The position numbers and the translations under genes are program-made. Shown here in pieces: positions 1 through 5,779 of a stretch of 5,822 bases of DNA (position 1 is the stretch's first letter; every line of letters begins with the position of its first letter). The notes under the pieces were generated by a model. That model searched no databases. It was not told the DNA's origin and saw only the letters and a program-made list of their open reading frames with translations. This DNA is from Octopus sinensis (Eukaryota), in contig NW_021829802.1 of assembly GCF_006345805.1 (NCBI RefSeq), forward strand, positions 1-5,822. Reading direction: 5' to 3'.

Positions 1-693
1 TTCCAACTCTGTCATGTCTGTGAATATATTCCTTCTTAGCCAGGACTGGGCAGCTAGAGATAATATGATTTATTGTTTCTTGTCCATCTCCCATATTCTG
101 CAGTTACTTGTAATATTTCTTTTCATTACATGTTTTTGGTAATTTCTGGTGGGGAGGCTTGGTCTTGTGCTGCAATTAAAAATCCCTCTGTTTCTGCTTT
201 GAGTCTTAGCTTCTCAACCATTGCTGGGATTTTTCTTTGTCTATTTCTTTTGCGCTTAGTTTAGTGCAGTATTTACCATGAAGGGGCTTTTCTTGCCATC
301 GTTTTATCATGGCTCGTGCTGTTCTATTATTTTTAGTTTGGATTTCATTTGTTTTATAGCTTTGTTGGTTTCATCATCATCATCTTCTTCTTCTTTGTGT
401 TTATTAGGTGGTATGATTTCTTGTTTGTATTTGTCAGCTTCCTTAAATACTGAGAACAGTTTTGTTTTGCTCGTGTTTTGCCGCTATCTGGATCAGTTTT
501 CTTCCTTCTGAAGTAGGTATTTTTGCAGTCCTATGGTGGTTATTTTATAGTAGTTTTCCAGCTGTATAAGGCCTCTACCACCTTCTATACGTGTATATAT
601 AGTCTTTCTATGTCAGATTTTGGGTGATGCATCCTAGATCCTGTCAGTATTTTTCTTGTTTTCCTATCTATTTTGGACAGTTCATTTCGTGTC
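1..693 (-). mobile_element. Degenerate, 5'-truncated R4/Dong-clade (R2-group, restriction-like endonuclease) non-LTR retrotransposon ORF fragment: RT thumb, linker, CCHC knuckle and RHD motif; runs off the left edge of the window
   Basis: Manual minus-strand translation across frameshifts gives TRNELSKIDRKTRKILTGSRMHHPKSDIERLYI/RIEGGRGLIQLENYYK (EGGRGL at 585-568), then MIKRWQEKPLHGKY (WQEKPLHGKY at 298-269), WLRS/LKAETEGFLIAAQDQ/LPTRNYQKHVMKRNITSNCRI/GDGQETINHIISSCPVLAKKEYIHRHDRVG (RHD at 19-11). These motifs are typical of R4/Dong/Rex6 ORFs. At least 4 frameshifts; the second Cys of the knuckle is lost to a 1-nt deletion. Confidence 0.9.
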
Positions 694-863
694 TATTATT
701 ATTATCAGTTATTATTATTATTATTTATTATTATTATTATCATTATATGATTACATTATTATTATTATTATTATTATTAATATTATTATTATTATTATCA
801 TTATTATTTATTATTATCATTATTGTTATATTATTATTATATTATTATTATTATTATTATTAT
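694..863. repeat. Imperfect (TAT)n/(ATA)n trinucleotide microsatellite
   Basis: Direct reading: tattattatt... with occasional cat/gtt interruptions. Confidence 0.97.
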
Positions 864-1042
864 TGTCGCTTGCGGAAATATTTGACATGTCAACAAGTAA
901 TTCTGTATGCAATGCTTCATGTCTGTTGGCTGCTGCTGTTGTTATTAATAATGCGCTGTTGGTTGTCTTCTTGTTAAACTTTCCTATCGACTGGACATGT
1001 TAACACATAATTTTATGCGAACATAGTGATCTTGGTGCGAAT

Positions 1043-1137
1043 GCTGTTGTTACTGCTACTGCTGTTGTTGTTGTTGTTGTTGTTGTTGCTGCTGTTGTTG
1101 TTTTTCTTCTGCTTCTCCTCCTTCTTCCTGTTCTTGT
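1043..1137. repeat. Compound (GCT/GTT)n then (CTT/CCT)n microsatellite
   Basis: gctgttgttgttgttg... followed by cttcttctgcttctcctccttctt. Confidence 0.9.
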
Positions 1138-1190
1138 TAATTTTATTATTTGTATCATTAATAGTGTTTTTCTTTCTATTTGCTTGACGG

Positions 1191-1205
1191 ATTATTATTA
1201 TTATA

Positions 1206-1263
<58 letters not shown>
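1191..1263. repeat. (ATT)n microsatellite, probably the (TAA)n tail/target of the adjacent minus-strand LINE 3' end
   Basis: Near-perfect ATT run that directly abuts the insert at 1264. Confidence 0.95.
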
Positions 1264-1265
<2 letters not shown>

Positions 1266-1417
1266 TATGTTTGACTTTTGCTTTACATTTGTACAAGTTG
1301 GACCCAAGTCTCACCCAGAGACCTCAAGAGACAACAGGTTGGAAGTTCATGTTGTTGTTATGCCTAGTGTGCCATATATTTGGGGGGGAGCTTTTGGTGT
1401 TGTACTAATGAATGTCT
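1264..1417 (-). mobile_element. Probable 3'UTR-only fragment of an R4/Dong-like LINE
   Basis: Minus strand ends ...TGAGGTCTCTGGGTGAGACTTGG...AAAGCAAAAGTCAAACATAG-AATAATAAT. It carries a stem-loop AGGTCTC-TGGGT-GAGACTT (1324-1306) about 40 nt before a (TAA)n tail and has the same orientation as the ORF fragment at 1-693. Family assignment is from recalled similarity to Dong/Rex6 3' ends and was not searched. Confidence 0.6.
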
Positions 1418-1427
1418 AAAAAAAAAA

Positions 1428-1441
1428 TATTATTATTATTA

Positions 1442-1499
<58 letters not shown>
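1428..1499. repeat. (TAT)n microsatellite preceded by an A-run
   Basis: Direct reading. Confidence 0.97.
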
Positions 1500-2256
1500 G
1501 AGTGAGAGAGCAGTGCATGCCATCAAAGTGACACTGGGGTAAAATATACGAAGCCCAATATACCCATCAAGACTACCCGTCTGATAAGGGTACACCAGGC
1601 ACATGCATCCCAACCATATGAGCGCGACATTGTGATCTCATATCAAGATAAACAGCGCATGACCTTGCAGGTGGGGCCCAGTTAGAATTTTCTTCTGGTC
1701 GAGTAGCCAATCCCGCTCAAACGGTCCCTGAATAAGGATTGTTTAAGGATGTTGAACGAACCACCCATGTTTCCAGATGTGAATTATCCAAACCTCCAAG
1801 AATTCCTTTCAACACACAGCTATGATGCTCTCGAGAGAGCAGTGCATGCCATCAAAGTGATACTGGATTAAAATATACGAAGCCCAGTATACCCATTAGG
1901 CCTACCTGTCTGATAAGGGTATACCAGGCACATGCATCACAACCATGTGTGCGCGATGTGGTTATCTCATATCAGGATAAACAGTGCATGACCTTGCAAG
2001 TGAGACCCAGTTAGAATTTTCATCAGGTCGAGTAGCCCATCCCACTCAAAAGGTTCCTGAATAAAGGTTGTTTAAGGATTTTGAACGACACACCTGTGTC
2101 TGCAAATCTGTGGTATTGAACAGAATATTTGTTGTGGCCCATCTTTTATACCAAGACAAAACAATGTACATGATAACACTTCCAATCAGTTAAAATCAAA
2201 AGCCACGAGAACCACTACCTGGTACTGCATCAAGGCATGCCTGGCACTGATATCAA
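1500..2256. mobile_element. Unclassified non-coding interspersed element in (TAT)n, containing two head-to-tail copies with a 329-bp period (1504-1832 and 1833-~2100)
   Basis: GAGAGAGCAGTGCATGCCATCAAAGTGA starts at both 1504 and 1833. The copies align with no net indel to about 1770/2099, with roughly 30 mismatches by eye (~88% identity). Both outer boundaries against (TAT)n are sharp, and there is no meaningful ORF. Confidence 0.75.
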
Positions 2257-2285
2257 TATTATTATTATTATTATCATTATTATTA

Positions 2286-2336
<51 letters not shown>

Positions 2337-2337
2337 T
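2257..2337. repeat. (TAT)n microsatellite
   Basis: Direct reading. Confidence 0.97.
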
Positions 2338-2540
2338 AAGGCGGCGAGATTGCAGAATCGGGCGATATGCTTAGCGGCTTTTCGTCCGCCCTTACGTTCT
2401 GAGTTCAAATTCCGCCGAGGTTATCTTTGGCCTTTCATCCTTTCACGGTCAATGAAATAAATACCAGTGAAACACTGGGGTTAATATAATCGACTAGTTT
2501 CCTCCCCCAAAATTCAGGCCTTGTGCCTTTAGTAGAAAGG
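2338..2540 (+). mobile_element. tRNA-derived SINE (octopus-type), full length, with an 11-nt deletion in the head and an (ATT)n tail
   Basis: Head AAGGCGGCGAG, A-box-like TTGCAGAATCGG (2350-2361), B-box GAGTTCAAATTCC (2401-2413), central GCCTTTCATCCTTTC..GGTC.AT.AAATAA.TACCAG domain, tail CAGGCCTTGTGCC..AGTAGAAAGG(ATT)n. Homologous to the four minus-strand copies at 4433-5256. Confidence 0.92.
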
Positions 2541-2613
2541 ATTATTATTATTATTATTATTATTTTTTATTATTATTATTATTATTATTATACATTATTT
2601 TTTTTTTATTATC

Positions 2614-2667
<54 letters not shown>

Positions 2668-2683
2668 TATTTATTATCATTAT
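2541..2683. repeat. Imperfect (ATT)n microsatellite / SINE tail
   Basis: Direct reading; interrupted by T-runs. Confidence 0.95.
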
Positions 2684-3281
2684 ATCATGGCTGTTGTTGA
2701 TGCTGTTATTCACATTCCAGTTGTCTGCTTTAAATTTCGTTTGTGGTGGTCATTATTCTGAAATTATTTTGTACGTATTTCAAGATAATTGCTAATGTTA
2801 TTTCGTTACTGTTAAATATGTTATTACAAAGACCTTTATTTTTTTTATTTTTCAAAATTTCTGAAATATTGCATTATTTTAAATGCCTGACGTTGTTTTT
2901 TGTTTTGTTATATCTATTTTATTTTATCTTTTTACTTGATCCATTTACAAAAAACGCCATATTAACCATTCCTTGTCCGGTTTTGGTAGCAATATCTGCC
3001 GAGACAATAAATAATAACTTCAGCCACAAAAGGAAAAACATAACAGTAAACTATTTTACTAGATGGGAAACGGTATGAGAAGGAAAATGGCATATGTCAC
3101 GTCATGGGAATTTATCAAAAACTATTGTAATTATCGTTTGGAATTTGAATTGAAAAGAACGATGTTTGTTACGATTTTAGACTATAAACAACCTTTTGCT
3201 GTCTTTTTGGTCAAAATTTCAGACCGTGGGCCTGAATTCAAACATAAACTTAGATAAACTTAGATATGTCCACAGCTCTAT

Positions 3282-3352
3282 TAATACATTACATGTACCA
3301 CGTCCTCGCGTTGATTTTGTGTTTTGGGGATTTACTATATGTATGTATATAT

Positions 3353-3387
<35 letters not shown>

Positions 3388-3495
3388 CTATATATATATA
3401 TTATATATAATATATATATATTTATATATATATAGTAAATCCCAAAAAGACAAAACAAAAAAACAACAAAAGGACGTGGTACATGTAATGTGTTA
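3282..3495. repeat. Inverted repeat with ~55-60 bp arms (3282-3340 and 3430-3495) around a (TA)n tract
   Basis: ACATTACATGTACCACGTCCT (3286-3306) is the exact reverse complement of 3471-3491, and GGGATTTACTATAT pairs with ATATAGTAAATCCC. The ORF track shows NTLHVPRP on both strands for this reason. Confidence 0.93.
3337..3434. repeat. (TA)n microsatellite
   Basis: Direct reading. Confidence 0.97.
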
Positions 3496-3695
3496 GCAGA
3501 CACTCAGGAAAGGAAAGAAAGATGGTTTAACGTTTCGAGCAGACGCTCTTCTTCAGAAAAAGAGGAAAGTCCAATAGAAAGGAAGACGGGGAAAGAAAAT
3601 CGCGAACGATTCACATGTGATTACATTTTGAAATGACCGGAAAGGAATGAGTGAAGAAAAAGATCGTTCTAAGACAGGAGAGTGTAAGAGAAGGA
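3435..3695 (-). mobile_element. Probable Penelope-like element terminal (pseudo-LTR) remnant ending in (TA)n
   Basis: Pyrimidine-rich minus strand carrying a minimal hammerhead core, 3' end abutting (TA)n, and an inverted partial copy across the tract. This combination is characteristic of Penelope-like elements. The right boundary is approximate and no RT or GIY-YIG coding sequence is present. Confidence 0.6.
3526..3559 (-). ncRNA. Minimal type I hammerhead ribozyme motif (possibly degenerate)
   Basis: Minus strand reads UUU-CUGAAGA-A-GAGC-GUCU-GCUC-GAAAC-GUU-AAA: CUGANGA box 3556-3550, 4-bp stem II with tetraloop, GAAAC 3536-3532, loopless palindromic stem III (AACGUU), and a weak 3-bp stem I (UUU/AAA). 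Confidence 0.65.
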
Positions 3696-3697
3696 GG

Positions 3698-4178
3698 TAT
3701 GTGTGTATGTGCGCGCGTGCAGGTCTGTATGTGTGTGTGTAGTGTGTGTGCGTGTGTATGTGTGTGTGCCTGAACGCAGGCTTGTGTGCAGGTATATGTG
3801 CGTTTTTGAGTGTGTATATGCGTGCGTGATTGCGCGTGCGTGTATGCGCGTGCGTGTATGCGCATGCGTGTATGCGCGTGCGAGTATGTGTGTGCGCGTG
3901 TGTTTGTGTGTGTGAGTGTAGTTGTGTGTGCGTGTATATGTGCCTATGCATATGTGTGCGTGTGTGTGTGTGTAGGTGTGTGTGTGTAGGTGTGTGTATG
4001 TGTGTGCCTAGGATTGTGCTTGTTAGGTGTGTGTGCATTCCTGTGCATATGTGCGCGTGCGTGTGCGCGTGCGTGTGCGCGTGCGTGTGCGCGTGCGTGT
4101 GCGCGTGCGTGTGCGCGTGCGTGTGCGCGTGCGTGTGCGCGTGCGTGTGCGCGTGCGGTGCGCATGTGTGTGGCGTGT

Positions 4179-4179
<1 letters not shown>
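3698..4179. repeat. Compound (GT)n/(GC)n/(GTAT)n alternating purine-pyrimidine tract
   Basis: Direct reading; this is the source of the VCVC/HTHT/RARA ORFs. Confidence 0.95.
4051..4157. repeat. Perfect 12-bp minisatellite (GTGCGCGTGCGT) x ~8.9
   Basis: Units start at 4051, 4063, ... 4147 with no mismatches. Confidence 0.95.

Positions 4180-4254
<75 letters not shown>
4180..4254. repeat. (TA)n microsatellite with TG interruptions
   Basis: Direct reading. Confidence 0.97.
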
Positions 4255-4260
4255 AGGGTT

Positions 4261-4310
4261 CCCTTGTCATTTTAATTACCTATATATATAGGTAATTAAA
4301 ATGACAAGGG
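4261..4310. repeat. Perfect 50-bp palindrome centred on (TA)5
   Basis: CCCTTGTCATTTTAATTACC-TATATATATA-GGTAATTAAAATGACAAGGG; the 20-bp arms are exact reverse complements. Confidence 0.98.
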
Positions 4311-4432
4311 TAATAAGACGTCATACCATGAACTTCATTGGTTTACCGCTGTTGTATGTATATAGGTATGACTTATTGGTTAAATAATTGACGCGAACAT
4401 AAGATTGGCACAAGTAGATTATCTGAAATAAA

Positions 4433-4655
4433 CTTTTCTTATTTTGGTAAAAGCAAGCAAATTTGAGGGGTGTGGGTAGTCAATTACATAGGCACCACCC
4501 TCAGTGCTCAACTGGTGCTTGCTTATTTCAACGACTCTGAAATTATGAGTGGTAAAGTCGATTTCGGTGGAATTTGAACTAAGAGCGTGAAGACGGACGA
4601 AATGCCGCTAAGTGTTTTGTTCGGCGTGCTAACTGTTCTGCCAGCTCATTGCCAT
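4433..4655 (-). mobile_element. tRNA-derived SINE copy A (full length, more diverged)
   Basis: Minus-strand head ATGGCAATGAGCTGGCAGAACAGTTAGCACGCCG, B-box TAGTTCAAATTCC, decayed central domain and tail. The 3' boundary is approximate. Confidence 0.88.
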
Positions 4656-4671
4656 ACGTTTTAATGATATA

Positions 4672-4839
4672 ATAATTTCGAATTTTGGCACAAGGCCAGC
4701 AATTTCGAAGGGAAGGGTTAAGTCGATTACATCGACCCTAGTGTTTAACTGGTACTTATTTTATCAACCTCGAAAGGATGAAAAGCAAATTCGACCTCGG
4801 TGGAATTTGAATTCAGAACGTGAAGACGGACGAAATACC
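4672..4839 (-). mobile_element. SINE body B (head-less), tail type GGCCTTGTGCC...ATTATT
   Basis: Minus strand begins GGTATTTCGTCCGTCTTCACGTTCTGAATTCAAATTCC. Its GTCCGTCTTCAC segment matches copy A and its tail type matches the SINE at 2338-2540. Confidence 0.9.
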
Positions 4840-5023
4840 TATTTCTTTACTACTCACAAAGGGCTAAACACAGAGAGGACAAACAAGGACAGACAAACGG
4901 ATTAAGTCGATTATATCGACTCCAGGGCGTAACTGGTACTTAATTTATTGACCCCGAAAAGATGAAAGACAAAGTCGACCTCGGCGGAATTTGAACTCAG
5001 AACGTAACGGCAGACGAAATACC
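4840..5023 (-). mobile_element. SINE unit C (184 bp, head-less), second subfamily with tail TTTGTCTGTCCTTGTTTGTCC...GTAGTAAAGAAATA
   Basis: Minus strand begins GGTATTTCGTCTGCCGTTACGTTCTGAGTTCAAATTCC; about 16 mismatches versus 5024-5207 by eye, with no indels. Confidence 0.92.
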
Positions 5024-5256
5024 TATTTCTTTACTACCCACAAGGGGCTAAACACAGAGAGGACAAACAAGGACAGACAAACGGACTGAGTCGATTATAT
5101 CGACACCAGTGCGTAACTAGTACTTAATTTATCGACCCCGAAAGGATGAAAGTCAAAGTCGACCTCGGTGGAATTTGAACTCAGAATGTTGCAGCAGACG
5201 AAATACTGCTCAGCATTTCGCCCGGCGTGCAAACGATTCTGCCAGTTTGCTACCTT
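5024..5256 (-). mobile_element. SINE unit D (184 bp, 5024-5207, same subfamily as C) plus the single tRNA-head 5' segment (5208-5256)
   Basis: Minus-strand head AAGGTAGCAAACTGGCAGAATCGTTTGCACGCCGGGCGAAATGC containing the A-box TGGCAGAATCG; B-box GAGTTCAAATTCC in the body. Confidence 0.92.
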
Positions 5257-5410
5257 ACGCTTAAATGAAATATAGAAACTTATTCATAGGCAAAGGTGAA
5301 TAACTTAGAAAGATCGCTGGAGATCGTTATAGCTATAGCAGCCTGATGATGGAAGGATGGAAATATTTATAAAACATAGCGGAGACAAAGTTGAAAAACA
5401 ACGCCAGATT

Positions 5411-5700
5411 ACAATAATAATTGTGGGAAATTGCTAATATCTTAGTGCAGATAAAATATAGTAATAATATATTTTAAAAAATATTAAACCTCCGCAATAA
5501 AATAATCGAAATATTTGAAAGATATTGAAAAATAAAATAATGGTATAAAAATAATTTTACGCAATAATTCTAATTTTTAATATTTTTTCTCCATTTTTTT
5601 CGATTATTTGAATCTATGGTTTTAATGCGATATTTTCAATGTATTTTTGCAGTATTTTATCTGCACCCAGATATTATCAATTTCTTGCAATTGTTATTGC
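5411..5700. mobile_element. AT-rich fold-back / MITE-like element with long imperfect inverted arms
   Basis: 5411-5458 ACAATAATAATTGTGGGAAATTGCTAATATCTTAGTGCAGATAAAATA matches the reverse complement of 5653-5700, GCAATAACAATTGCAAGAAATTGATAATATCTGGGTGCAGATAAAATA. Looser pairing continues inward to AAATAATCGAAA/TTTCGATTATTT (~5500-5511 / ~5598-5609). Termini and TSD are not resolved. Confidence 0.7.
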
Positions 5701-5779
5701 GAAGTGTGTTTGTTTATTTTTTTAATGCCACCTTTACAACCATCACGCGCTATATCCTACTCTTGTATAACCATGGTGA

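Noticed and set aside
73-511. Plus-strand ORFs 73-264 and 278-511
   Set aside because: They are antisense to the R4/Dong coding remnant; the recognisable protein motifs are on the minus strand.
1580-1592. CTGATAAG in the 329-bp units as a hammerhead core (retrozyme-like tandem)
   Set aside because: It does not match CUGANGA, and no stem II + GAAA follows in either copy.
2185-2240. Possible HDV-like ribozyme at the minus-strand 5' end of the 750-bp element
   Set aside because: I could not build a consistent P1/P1.1/P2/P3 double pseudoknot with the catalytic C from this copy; it needs a consensus and a covariance search.
624-2795. Poly-I/Y/L/N ORFs (624-977, 656-1003, 1180-1419, 1184-1408, 1416-1613, 2523-2795)
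   Set aside because: Stop-free frames of (TAT)n microsatellites; the apparent transmembrane character is an artefact.
2743-3257. ORFs 2743-3078 and 3063-3257, and a weak similarity of ~2865-2900 to the reverse complement of ~5390-5420
   Set aside because: No recognisable domain or convincing exon signals; the similarity is short and AT-rich and may be chance.
3244-3263. Tandem 10-mer ATAAACTTAG x2 as an excision footprint or TSD
   Set aside because: A single short duplication is adequately explained by slippage, and no element is associated with it.
3553-4295. His/Thr-, Val/Cys- and Arg/Ala-rich ORFs
   Set aside because: Translations of GT/GC/TA dinucleotide repeats on both strands.
4672-5256. 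Repeated units as a CRISPR array or true tRNA genes
   Set aside because: The units are contiguous 184-bp SINE bodies with no unique spacers, the context is eukaryotic, and the heads lack a full cloverleaf/acceptor stem.
5343-5363. CTGATGA...GAAA as a second hammerhead (plus strand)
   Set aside because: The intervening TGGAAGGATG cannot form stem II and there is no convincing stem I; at best a decayed relic.
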